From positions 1 through 64,000 of IMG/VR virus record IMGVR_UViG_3300020045_007008: a DNA stretch of 64,000 bases; one strand, 5' to 3'. Within the stretch, counting starts at the first letter, position 1. Each line of letters opens with the position of its first letter. A program made the translations under genes and the position numbers. The notes under the pieces were generated by a model. The model saw only the letters and a list, made by a program, of their open reading frames with translations, was not told the origin of the DNA and did not search any database. The stretch comes from a virus. Below are positions 20,348-29,579 of the stretch, one piece after another.

Positions 20348-20926
20348 ATGAATGAAATAAAAAGAAAAAAACAAGATAGTATTAATATGAAAGGAATTTA
20401 TTATATTACTAAAGCAGAAATACAAACACCAGAGCAATGGAATTTATCAAAACAAATTGATAAATTAAGAAGTGAAGGAAAAGAATTTATAGATTTAGTA
20501 AGAAAATTAAATTCAATTTGTAAAACAAAAAAAATGGTATTTCAAAATATAATACCAACGGTTGCAAGAACGATGATTGCAAATAATCTGACAAATAGTA
20601 GCCCGACCAATTCAATATTAGTTAATTACATCGCATTGGGAACTAATAATACTGCTCCGGATAATGCTAACACGACATTAGAAACAGAACATTATAGAAA
20701 TGCAGTAGCAAGTAAAACAAATTCAGCAAATATTGGATATGTAAGTGGATTTTTTAATGCAACCGAATGTGTAAATACATATTATGAAGCAGGGATATTT
20801 TGTGATGCGACAGCCACAACAGATAGTGGAATATTATTAAGTCGTGTTTTAATAGATGCTCCAACTGGAGTAGTAAAAACAAATATCACCACGCTTACTA
20901 TTGATTGGGTTCTAACTATAAGTTAA
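20348..20926 (+). CDS. Tail-collar/fibre-type structural protein
   Basis: YIALGT..TAP....TTLETE, EAGIF motifs; similar to 5640..6104. Confidence 0.6.
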   Translation: MNEIKRKKQDSINMKGIYYITKAEIQTPEQWNLSKQIDKLRSEGKEFIDLVRKLNSICKTKKMVFQNIIPTVARTMIANNLTNSSPTNSILVNYIALGTNNTAPDNANTTLETEHYRNAVASKTNSANIGYVSGFFNATECVNTYYEAGIFCDATATTDSGILLSRVLIDAPTGVVKTNITTLTIDWVLTIS

Positions 20927-20937
20927 AATAAAAATAT

Positions 20938-21855
20938 ATGAGTAGAAAAATTTGGATAACAGGAGAAGAATTATCGGCAAGTGATTTAAATGGTTCATAT
21001 TTTTTTGGTGGAACTGGAGCAGACGGAGCATTGGCAATATCAAGCGGAACGACAACTATAGATTTAGGAGGGTCGTCATTATTCACTAAAAATTATTCAT
21101 CTATTTCAATAACAGGGACTGGAAAATTAGCATTCTCAAACCCAGCATCTACTGGTACATTGATAAATATAAAATGCTCGGGTAATGCAACACTAACTTC
21201 ATCTACTAATCCAGCAATAGATATACAAAGTTTAGGTGGTATAGGCGGAAATGGTACAGTTGGGGCTGGGCAAACGGGGTCAGGTGGTGGAGGAGGAGCT
21301 GGTGCTTCATCTAATGGTGGAACTGGAATAACTATTAGCTCAACCCTTGGTAGTTTAGCATCAAGTGGTACTGGTTTTGGTAGTTGGATAACTAGCGTAT
21401 TACAAACAGGGGGAACGGGTGGTGCTCCAGGAATAGGGGGCTCAGGAGGAATAAGTACATTATTTAATCCCGCTTATGCAAAATATGCAAAAATGTATAT
21501 TATTTCAGGTGCAGGCGGTGGCGGTGGTTCTGGGGGATGGAGTGGTTCAGGAAATACAACAGGTGGTACTGGTGGACGTGGTGGTGGTGCAATATATATA
21601 GAAATAGCAGGAACATATACTTGTTCATCTACTATAAATGCAAGTGGTGCATTAGGTGGAGCTGGTGGAGCTGGTTCAGGAGCGGGTGGTTCAGGTGGTG
21701 GTGGTTCTATTGTTATTCTATATAATATATTAGTATCAGATACAGGGACATATAGTATAAGCGGTGGCGCGTCCGTTTCTAATGTTACTGATGGTGGAGC
21801 TGGTGGAGCTGGTGGAGCAGGATTATCATATATTGGATTAAATACCGAATTTTAA
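20938..21855 (+). CDS. Glycine-rich tail-tip / fibre protein
   Basis: W..GEELSASDLN N-terminus followed by GGxGG-rich blocks. Confidence 0.7.
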   Translation: MSRKIWITGEELSASDLNGSYFFGGTGADGALAISSGTTTIDLGGSSLFTKNYSSISITGTGKLAFSNPASTGTLINIKCSGNATLTSSTNPAIDIQSLGGIGGNGTVGAGQTGSGGGGGAGASSNGGTGITISSTLGSLASSGTGFGSWITSVLQTGGTGGAPGIGGSGGISTLFNPAYAKYAKMYIISGAGGGGGSGGWSGSGNTTGGTGGRGGGAIYIEIAGTYTCSSTINASGALGGAGGAGSGAGGSGGGGSIVILYNILVSDTGTYSISGGASVSNVTDGGAGGAGGAGLSYIGLNTEF

Positions 21856-21867
21856 CTTTAATTAGTA

Positions 21868-21896
21868 TTGACTTTTTTTAAATACTATTATATAAT
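21868..21896 (+). promoter_or_regulatory. Sigma70-type promoter
   Basis: TTGACT-17 bp-TATAAT. Confidence 0.8.
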
Positions 21897-21922
21897 ATTA
21901 TATATAAATATAATGCTTGTCT

Positions 21923-22729
21923 ATGAAAATTATTAGAGAAATTATTCCTTATGATTCGGCATATATTATTCCATTTGGTGATATACATTTAGAAGACCAA
22001 TATTTTACAGAAAAAAGTGAAAAAAAATTAAAAGAACAAATTGACTTCGTAAAAAAACACGATAATGCAAGGGCATTTTTAACTGGAGATATTTTTAATG
22101 TAGCAACGAGAACATCGAAAACAAGTCCTTTTTCTATCAATAAAAAACTATTGAATAAATACAATGGTGACCAAATGGAATATGCATTAGATTTATTCAG
22201 ACCAATAAGTGATAAAATAATTGGTGCAATAGATGGTAATCACGAACAAAGAACAATAGATTTTAATAACCGTTCTTGGATAACTGAATTATGTGGAAAA
22301 TTATCAAGTAAGGAAAGAGAAGTTAAATATTGTGATATTAGTTGTTTATTATTTTTAAAAATAGGTAAATCCAGAATAGAAGGCGAACGCTCTGCTCAAA
22401 CATATTCTGGATATATTCATCATACTACAGGCGGAGGAGGAACAGCAGGAAGTAAAATAAATAGAGTAAAAAAATTAGAAGATATTGTTGTTGCTTGTGA
22501 TTTTTATATTGGTGCTCATAATCATATGTGCGGAGCAGTAACATTAAGCACATTCATAGCTAATAATACAAAATGTACAGTGACACAAATTAATCAATCA
22601 TATATAGATGCAGGAGGATTTTTAGATTACGGTGGATATGTAGAACGATTTCAATTGAGCCCAACTACTATTGGTGCTCCAATAATATATTTTGAAACAA
22701 AAAACAAAAACATAAAAATAAACATATAA
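21923..22729 (+). CDS. Calcineurin-like metallophosphoesterase
   Basis: GDIH, GD, GNHE, HH, AHNH motifs. Confidence 0.85.
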   Translation: MKIIREIIPYDSAYIIPFGDIHLEDQYFTEKSEKKLKEQIDFVKKHDNARAFLTGDIFNVATRTSKTSPFSINKKLLNKYNGDQMEYALDLFRPISDKIIGAIDGNHEQRTIDFNNRSWITELCGKLSSKEREVKYCDISCLLFLKIGKSRIEGERSAQTYSGYIHHTTGGGGTAGSKINRVKKLEDIVVACDFYIGAHNHMCGAVTLSTFIANNTKCTVTQINQSYIDAGGFLDYGGYVERFQLSPTTIGAPIIYFETKNKNIKINI

Positions 22730-22802
22730 ACAGGTCTTTTCTGGAGGCAGACTATAAAGAACCTCCTTCCAAAAATAACCGTTCTTTAAAGGAGAATTAA
22801 AA

Positions 22803-23021
22803 ATGAATGTTTGTCTAAACCAAAAATGGAGGCCTAAAATCCACGTAGAGAGAAAAGGCATTGGTAATTGTACCATCTGCACGGCGGATGGAAAAAACAA
22901 TAAGTGCGATTTATATACGCCAATTTTCTGGGGAGAAGCCGATGTCAAGGAAAGAACGAAAACAGGCGAGGAAGAACAAGAGCGTAGTTGTCAAACAATT
23001 AGATTGGATAACAGACAATGA
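22803..23021 (+). CDS. Hypothetical Cys-containing protein
   Basis: AAGGAG SD upstream; CTIC motif. Confidence 0.55.
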   Translation: MNVCLNQKWRPKIHVERKGIGNCTICTADGKNNKCDLYTPIFWGEADVKERTKTGEEEQERSCQTIRLDNRQ

Positions 23022-23256
23022 AATAAGAGCCATTTCCGACGAGTTGCTTAGGAGCGCGATGGAGGAGAAAAAAAAGCTTCCCTTGCATGATAGGTTTATA
23101 TGCGAAGAATGCAGAAGGACTTATTGCCTAAACAATGACGGGGATATGCTTTATTGCAAAACTGGGTGTCCAACACTAAAGGACAATTGGGTAAATTGTT
23201 CAAAAAAAATAAATGGTTTTAGAAATTGCGGACAGCATAAGGAGATAATATCATGA
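22942..23256 (+). CDS. Hypothetical Cys-rich protein
   Basis: ATG at 22942; ATGA overlap with the next gene. Confidence 0.55.
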   Translation: MSRKERKQARKNKSVVVKQLDWITDNEIRAISDELLRSAMEEKKKLPLHDRFICEECRRTYCLNNDGDMLYCKTGCPTLKDNWVNCSKKINGFRNCGQHKEIIS

Positions 23257-23495
23257 ACGAAAAAGTGCTTAGCGTAATGAAAGAAAGATTTTATCGTTGT
23301 TATGCCTGTGGTTCGCTTATTCCTGGCGAGGAAATAAACGAAAACGGGAAAATAAAATGCAGACAAATAGTCCTTAGGCATTGCCGATACGAATATTGCA
23401 ATGTCGAGTTCAATGTTTCTGATTACAACGCTTTTACTAAGGTGGATGGACATGAATACTTTAAAAAATTCCTTCCAGCTCAACACTGGTGGTAA
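23253..23495 (+). CDS. Hypothetical zinc-ribbon protein
   Basis: AAGGAG SD; CYAC and CRYEYC motifs. Confidence 0.6.
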   Translation: MNEKVLSVMKERFYRCYACGSLIPGEEINENGKIKCRQIVLRHCRYEYCNVEFNVSDYNAFTKVDGHEYFKKFLPAQHWW

Positions 23496-23597
23496 TAATT
23501 CGCAGGGATATGCTCTCTGCCTTTTAACAAATTAATGTTAAATATACTGGATGTAGCAATGTATTGAATTTGTAATTTAAAAACTAAGATATAATAC

Positions 23598-23741
23598 ATG
23601 AGTCCAATGAAAACTAAAAAAATTGAAAGACAAGTTTGTGAAGTATTTTCAAGAGTATGTGGTTATATGCGACCAGTACAAAATTGGAATGATGCCGCAA
23701 AAGCTCAATTTAAAAGTAGAAAAACATTTATTAATAAATAA
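23598..23741 (+). CDS. Stand-alone NrdD C-terminal glycyl-radical peptide (47 aa); not in ORF track
   Basis: Hand translation ...CEVFSRVCGYMRPVQNWNDAAKAQFKSRKTF matches the class III RNR SRVxGYxRPV..WN motif. Confidence 0.85.
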   Translation: MSPMKTKKIERQVCEVFSRVCGYMRPVQNWNDAAKAQFKSRKTFINK

Positions 23742-23745
23742 ATTT

Positions 23746-23949
23746 ATGATGGAAAAAATTAAACAATTATTGAATACTAAACCTGGTGCAGTAACAATAA
23801 GATTTACAAAGACTTTTGTATATACAGCACTTGCTTTTTATGTTGTAAATAAAACAGCTCCATTTACAGTTGATTATCTTGCAATGATTGAAGTTAGTTT
23901 GTTGGCGGGTTTTGGTTTTGGTGGGGATAAATATATTCGCTCAAAATAA
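23746..23949 (+). CDS. Putative holin (two hydrophobic segments)
   Basis: RFTKTFVYTALAF...LLAGFGFGGDKYIR; directly precedes the peptidase. Confidence 0.6.
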   Translation: MMEKIKQLLNTKPGAVTIRFTKTFVYTALAFYVVNKTAPFTVDYLAMIEVSLLAGFGFGGDKYIRSK

Positions 23950-24867
23950 ATGCCAGCAATAAAATTAGGACAACAGAAAACAGATTGGATAGGTGGAGTA
24001 AGTAATATATTAATAGAATATAATAATGGGGATTGGAGTAACTATAGACCAGAGCATGAAACTCAAAACAATCCAGAAACTTGGGGATGTGCATTATTCA
24101 GTGGAACAGATTCTATAGAAACATTATTTATGTATTTTCTATATAATAATCTTATTCCAAAAGAATATGTTAAATGGTTAACTGATAATAAATATTTTAT
24201 TAATGGATTTATTAATTTTAGTGATGCATATAGTTATCAATTTGCAGAAGTAGAACCAGGGCGAGGGACATTCTTATATAAAGCAAATGATGCAATCAGA
24301 TTAGGTTTAGTACCAGAATCAATATATTCATTTAAAGATTATTTTATAGATAAAAAAACAATACCTCCGGAGGCTGAAAAACTAAAATTAGAATTCAAAA
24401 AAAGATTTACTATCAATTGGTATTGGGTAGAAAATATCGAAAAGTCTTTAAAATCATCTCCTTTACAAGCAACAGTAAGATATGCAGATGGGGATGGAAT
24501 ATTAAGCCCAATCGGCGACCACAATCACGCAATAATGGTATATAAGAAAGGCGATTATTATGATATAGATGATAGTTATAATCAACCTACTAAAAAATAT
24601 CATTTAGAAAGAGTATCTAATTTTATTGGTTATTCACTAACAATTAATACAACTAATATGGACGTAGAAAATTTTGTAAAAGAATATGATTTGAAATGGA
24701 TTTTTAATAACAATACTGGTGAAATTGGTAGAATTATACAAGGAAAATTAAGAACAATTGAAACACAAGATAGAGGTGTAAAAATGCTTTTAGATGATAA
24801 AGTAAGAGAAAATGGTAAACATATAATAGATGCAGAGTGGAAATTATTACCTAAACTTCCATTTTAG
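23950..24867 (+). CDS. Papain-like cysteine peptidase (candidate lysis enzyme)
   Basis: Q...ETWGC (catalytic Cys), NHAI (His), DDSY; follows a holin-like gene at the end of the late region. Confidence 0.65.
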   Translation: MPAIKLGQQKTDWIGGVSNILIEYNNGDWSNYRPEHETQNNPETWGCALFSGTDSIETLFMYFLYNNLIPKEYVKWLTDNKYFINGFINFSDAYSYQFAEVEPGRGTFLYKANDAIRLGLVPESIYSFKDYFIDKKTIPPEAEKLKLEFKKRFTINWYWVENIEKSLKSSPLQATVRYADGDGILSPIGDHNHAIMVYKKGDYYDIDDSYNQPTKKYHLERVSNFIGYSLTINTTNMDVENFVKEYDLKWIFNNNTGEIGRIIQGKLRTIETQDRGVKMLLDDKVRENGKHIIDAEWKLLPKLPF

Positions 24868-24972
24868 TTACTTGATATGGCGATTATTGCTATATTAGGG
24901 ATTATATACAAAACAAAAATAAAAATTTAAAAAAAATAGGAGATGTAGTAATATATACAAGACTCAATTTTT

Positions 24973-24995
24973 CTCACGTAAATCGTGAGTTTTTT
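24973..24995 (+). terminator. Rho-independent terminator ending the late/lysis region
   Basis: CTCACG-taaat-CGTGAG followed by TTTTTT. Confidence 0.75.
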
Positions 24996-25152
24996 GTTGT
25001 GAAAATGCGATTTTAACAGTTTTTTATGATAGTTATATAAATATACATGTTTTCATTAAAAACGTTGCTATGAGCCGTATATTAGCATATTTTAACAGTA
25101 TGATAATATATAATCTATCTTATTCAGATAATCAAATTTCATTGCAAAAACC

Positions 25153-25179
25153 TGTGGATAACTCGAATAGTTATTCACA
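25153..25179. promoter_or_regulatory. Inverted pair of DnaA-box-like 9-mers
   Basis: TGTGGATAA (25153-61) and TTATTCACA (25171-79). Confidence 0.6.
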
Positions 25180-25283
25180 TTTTTTATATCAAATTATTAT
25201 TTTTAAAACAAAATTATTAACATCTATATAAAAAATCACTAATATTAAATAAAATTAATTATATATAATACTATATAATAATA

Positions 25284-25312
25284 TTGACAATTTTCATATA
25301 ATAATATATAAT
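25284..25312 (+). promoter_or_regulatory. Sigma70-type early promoter
   Basis: TTGACA-17-TATAAT. Confidence 0.85.
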
Positions 25313-25459
25313 TATAATATAAGAAGATAAATAAAGAAAACAAATATATGAAAACAAAAATAATGAACTTAAAAAAAATGGATAAAGTCACTAGAGCATG
25401 TTGGATAGCATATTGCAATTATAAAGGATATAAATATATTATTAATTAAGAATAATCAT

Positions 25460-25687
25460 ATGAGCAAATACTCAATATTCTACAATAAAGAAGATGAAAA
25501 AATAGCACATAAACAAATAGCAGAAATGGAAAAGAGTTTAGGTCTGCAACTAGATTGGAAAAAAGTTAAAAGAATGAATGGTGATAATATTGCAACACTT
25601 CAGGGAATATTAGAAAGAAGAATGTTAAAAGAAGAAAAAACATTTGAACAAAAATTACATAATCAATTTAATAATTTAGTTTCATAA
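25460..25687 (+). CDS. Hypothetical early protein
   Basis: ORF within a tightly packed small-gene array. Confidence 0.6.
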   Translation: MSKYSIFYNKEDEKIAHKQIAEMEKSLGLQLDWKKVKRMNGDNIATLQGILERRMLKEEKTFEQKLHNQFNNLVS

Positions 25688-25891
25688 AAATTAAATAAAA
25701 GTAAAAATATGAAAAAAGCAGACTATATCAAAGCTTATCAAAGCACCTTTAATGAATTGGCCACTTTAATTTTTCAAACCGAAGATGACCAAACAATGAA
25801 AGAAGCCTATGAAGCATACAAGACATTAAGAAGACTTCTTCCTAAAATGGCAGAAAAAGAGTGCTTATTATAAAACTAATTAATCAAGGCA

Positions 25892-25943
25892 ACTAGAGGA
25901 GGAGGGAGCAAGGTTCGGCCTTGAGCCTCGCTTCTCCTCTAGT
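25892..25943 (+). other. GC-rich intergenic hairpin
   Basis: ACTAGAGGA / TCCTCTAGT outer stem; AAGG-ttcgg-CCTT tip. Confidence 0.7.
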
Positions 25944-26498
25944 AAGAAAAATATGAAAAAGCACTATTCTCCTACAAAGGAAAAGCTAAAAACTTATTAA
26001 AGGCTTTAAGAAGCCGAGAAGAGGCCATAAAAAAATATGCAAAATCTAATTCTTGAGCAACTAGAGCTAAACGAAAAATGTAAGGAAGCTATGAAGGGAT
26101 ATAATCCATATCCCAAACTAAGCAAAAGACATTTAATGGATAGCGAGTCAATCTTTTACTTCGAGCCTAACTTACATACTAGAGAAGATATTTATTAAAA
26201 ACATATGGAAACAATCACAATGTACGTTCTAACCTGTAAATGTGGTGCAAAAAAAACATTTAAAGAAAAACCTAGCCAATATGAAAAATATATTTGCAAA
26301 AAGTGTGTTGCCCTTAGAAGCCAAACTATATAAAACATATGAAGTTTAAATTAAAAAATGGAGATGAAATAATATTATCAAAAAAAGGAAATACATATAT
26401 AGGAGTAACTGCTAATGAAATAGGTATATTAATAAGAAGATTTAATTTAAGTTTTGAAAAAACTAAAGAAATATTAATTAAAACAATTCAATAGATAT

Positions 26499-26678
26499 AT
26501 GAATAAAGAAATATTAAAAAAGATGGGTTATGAAAAACAGGTTGAAAATTATGAAAATAATAAATGCAGTTGGTGTGGCAATAAAATAAAAACAAATAGT
26601 TTTAAAAACAAAATTAGTTTAGATGAATATCACATATCTGGATTTTGTCAAAAGTGTCAAGATAAAACATTTAATTAA
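26499..26678 (+). CDS. Small zinc-finger phage protein; not in ORF track
   Basis: Hand translation CSWC...SLDEYHISGFCQKCQDKTF. Confidence 0.7.
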   Translation: MNKEILKKMGYEKQVENYENNKCSWCGNKIKTNSFKNKISLDEYHISGFCQKCQDKTFN

Positions 26679-26696
26679 AAATATGATAATAAATAT

Positions 26697-26912
26697 ATGA
26701 AAGCTAAAAAATATATGCACAATTCACCGGGGGATAATTTCAAAGTATTTGTTATTGCAAAGAAAAATTTCACAAATCAATGGACAACAACTACATTAGA
26801 GAATGCAAGAAAATCAATTAAATTATTTTTTAAAGAATGCAAGTATCCAAGAAATAGTGCAATTATTAAAGATAAAAATAATAAATTATTAGAAGAAATT
26901 ATAAATAATTAA
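26697..26912 (+). CDS. Hypothetical protein
   Basis: ORF in early array. Confidence 0.55.
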   Translation: MKAKKYMHNSPGDNFKVFVIAKKNFTNQWTTTTLENARKSIKLFFKECKYPRNSAIIKDKNNKLLEEIINN

Positions 26913-27035
26913 ATTATATGAAAAAACTATTTTCATCTCGTTCAGATTATTATAGGAAAAGATTATTTAATGCACCATTTCTATTACCAATATTATTTAC
27001 ATTAATTATTCTATCAGGATTTTTTAATTAAATTT

Positions 27036-27371
27036 ATGAGAATGTGGCTAGTAAATCCAAAAATGATGTGCAGAAAACACTTATTGGGTGAGCATGTTGA
27101 ATTACATATGTTTGTCGGAACTATTAATAAAAATAAGAATCTAAATGGTTATATAAAGAATAATCTATTAGAATATTCAAATATATACCAAAGACATAAT
27201 AAATTGGTAGCCGAAATGAAAAATAGACAATATAATCACAAAAGTGAACTACCAGAGATTATAGGAAATGTAGATGAATATGTTAAAAATTATAAAATAA
27301 ATAAAGAACAATCATTAAATGATTTATTAAGTAGATGTGAAATTTGTAAAAAATTATTTAATGAGTTATAA
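27036..27371 (+). CDS. Pyrimidine-dimer DNA glycosylase / endonuclease V-like protein
   Basis: MRMW.V.P...CRKHLLGEH.ELH and RH..LV.EM..R.YNH.S motifs. Confidence 0.75.
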   Translation: MRMWLVNPKMMCRKHLLGEHVELHMFVGTINKNKNLNGYIKNNLLEYSNIYQRHNKLVAEMKNRQYNHKSELPEIIGNVDEYVKNYKINKEQSLNDLLSRCEICKKLFNEL

Positions 27372-27376
27372 TTAAT

Positions 27377-27655
27377 ATGCAAAGTATAGAACAAATTATA
27401 AATGAAGTAGACTTATTTAATGCTGATTTATCTAATATCACATTAAGCAAGAAAAAAAGAAAGGATTTTATAGTCTATCCTATTAAAAAGATTATTGATA
27501 TTGATAATATCTTAATACAACAAGCAAATCTATTAAAATTTAACTTAGATGATATAGAAGCAATGTTTACCAATAAGGATAGTTTAGATAGAACAAAAAA
27601 AGTAATTAAGACTTTAGAATATATCAATAATAATTATAAATTAATAAAGAAATAA
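27377..27655 (+). CDS. Hypothetical protein
   Basis: ORF in early array. Confidence 0.55.
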   Translation: MQSIEQIINEVDLFNADLSNITLSKKKRKDFIVYPIKKIIDIDNILIQQANLLKFNLDDIEAMFTNKDSLDRTKKVIKTLEYINNNYKLIKK

Positions 27656-27656
27656 T

Positions 27657-27959
27657 ATGACTAACAACATTAATGAAAACAATAAATTAAATCTTAAAAA
27701 GAGAACAAATGTTAGAATTCTAAAATTAGAAGAAGGAATAATAGTAGCTGTTCCTACACTAAAAGCAATCAGTGATGCAAGAATTTTAGATGTGAACGAA
27801 GATGGTTCATTTACAGCACATTGGAATGAAAATTGGAATGAAAGTGGTGATTTTAGAACTGAATTAATGCGATTTGATAATAACCTAATATTTGATAATG
27901 GTGATAAAGAAAAAAGAAATAAAATTAGAAAAAATAATAATTTAATTGAAATTATATAA
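27657..27959 (+). CDS. Hypothetical protein
   Basis: ORF in early array. Confidence 0.55.
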   Translation: MTNNINENNKLNLKKRTNVRILKLEEGIIVAVPTLKAISDARILDVNEDGSFTAHWNENWNESGDFRTELMRFDNNLIFDNGDKEKRNKIRKNNNLIEII

Positions 27960-28221
27960 TATGAAATCTAAAACTTGGGGCAAAAAAGTAAAATGTAAAC
28001 GATGTGGGAAAGAAGGAGGAATTGAAGAAATAGAAGGTCGATTATTTTTTCAATGCTACGGTATCTGCCAGTTAAAGGAATATTTGAAAACATATAATAT
28101 GAAGAAATATGTATAATAAAATATTACAATGCGAAGAATGTGGTCTATATTATGATAATGAAGAAGATATCGAAAATATAGACGAAACCGGAGTATGTAT
28201 AGATTGCGATAATCAATTTGA

Positions 28222-28551
28222 ATGTATTATAAAATAAAAAATAAAAGTATGAAATTACAAGGGAAATATAATATCGAAATCATAGTGAATGATAATTTTA
28301 ATGAAAATCAAGTAATTAAAGTTACCACTACATCGACAAAAGAAATAGAAGAAAATTTAAGATTGCTTGATAAAATGATTGCAGAATATGACGAAGAAAA
28401 TAACAAACAATGTTATCAATGTAATGAATATTTTCATATTGATGATATGAGTATTCCGGAAGGATTAGATGATGTACTCATATGTCAAGATTGTTTACAA
28501 AAGATATTAAGTGGAGAAATTATTCTTAAAAATATTGAAAGTTGTGGATAA
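28222..28551 (+). CDS. Hypothetical zinc-finger protein
   Basis: CYQC and CQDC motifs. Confidence 0.55.
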   Translation: MYYKIKNKSMKLQGKYNIEIIVNDNFNENQVIKVTTTSTKEIEENLRLLDKMIAEYDEENNKQCYQCNEYFHIDDMSIPEGLDDVLICQDCLQKILSGEIILKNIESCG

Positions 28552-28609
28552 CTATTTTATATGCTTTATTTATCACTAATATTAAATGAAAATAATTATT
28601 AAAATAATA

Positions 28610-28638
28610 TTGACAAATTCTATATAATAATATATAAT
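28610..28638 (+). promoter_or_regulatory. Sigma70-type promoter with upstream DnaA-like box (28543-51) and ATCACTAATATTAAA (28572-86)
   Basis: TTGACA-17-TATAAT. Confidence 0.85.
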
Positions 28639-28828
28639 TATAATATAAGTAATTAAATAAGTATATGAAAAATAATGACATAATAGTAAATATAAAAAAT
28701 CCAGAATATGGAGAATGGAAAGTAAGGGAAAGTGATATAGAAGGAATGTGGGAAATAACAAGCGATAGGGGTTCAAGAATGTTAAATAAAGATGAAGAAA
28801 AATTTTGGAGAATTATAGAAAAATAAAT

Positions 28829-28914
28829 ATAGCTAAGGTTATCTAGATACGAGTTAAGAGCAAACAAGCTACTTCTCTTATGAAGATAACAAATAAAAAG
28901 ATAACCTTGGCTAT
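28829..28914 (+). ncRNA. Closed-end structured intergenic element
   Basis: ATAGCTAAGGTTATCT / AGATAACCTTGGCTAT 16-bp stem with one G-U pair; inner TAAGAG/CTCTTA stem. Confidence 0.5.
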
Positions 28915-28942
28915 TCATATAATTTAAAATAAAAACAAAAAT

Positions 28943-29494
28943 ATGGAGAACAAAAACAAAAAAATAGAAATCTTTACAATCAAAAACACTTTAAAAGCAA
29001 TTATAGCATCGATAGTAGTATTTACACTTGCTTATTTATTAGTAAGCATAATAGTATTTCCTACTATAGCAGTTCAGAAATTTATAACATTTATTAAAAA
29101 TCCAGTTCCTATTTATAAAATAGCAGAGATTAATTGCATTCAAGAAAAAAAATATAAATATAATGATAAAATTCCAGTAGAAATTATTAAAAATGAAATT
29201 AAGAAACAAGCTATAGAATTTAATAATGATGCTAGATTTATGCTAGAATTGGGACATTGTGAAAGTGGATTTAATAACTTAGCAGATAATTCAATCAGTA
29301 CAGCTAAAGGAGTATTTCAATTTGTAGCTAATACGTGGGAAGTAACAGAATCAAATACAAAAAAAATTAGTGAATTTGACTATATTGCAAATATCAGAGA
29401 AGCCAATATAAAAATTGCTAATCATGAATATCATCATTGGGTTGATTGTATAGCAGATATAAAAGCTGGTGAATTCAAATCATTAAAATTTTAA
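28943..29494 (+). CDS. Membrane-anchored lytic transglycosylase (SLT-like)
   Basis: N-terminal TM segment; CESGFN..A...STAKGVFQF..TW. Confidence 0.8.
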   Translation: MENKNKKIEIFTIKNTLKAIIASIVVFTLAYLLVSIIVFPTIAVQKFITFIKNPVPIYKIAEINCIQEKKYKYNDKIPVEIIKNEIKKQAIEFNNDARFMLELGHCESGFNNLADNSISTAKGVFQFVANTWEVTESNTKKISEFDYIANIREANIKIANHEYHHWVDCIADIKAGEFKSLKF

Positions 29495-29579
29495 ATAGCA
29501 CATTAACTCATATGTGCCGGTAGACGAAACTCGTCTATCGCAACAAGTGAATTAATATTAAACAAAAAGGAGAACTAAA

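Noticed and set aside
7576-21855. Diversity-generating retroelement acting on fibre genes
   Set aside because: No reverse transcriptase and no template/variable repeat pair were seen.
23623-23745. TTG-initiated N-terminal extension of the holin ORF
   Set aside because: It overlaps the better-supported NrdD-like peptide in another frame; ATG 23746 is the more plausible start.
29518-29540. Hammerhead ribozyme suggested by GACGAAAC
   Set aside because: No CTGANGA core nearby; it is a simple hairpin.
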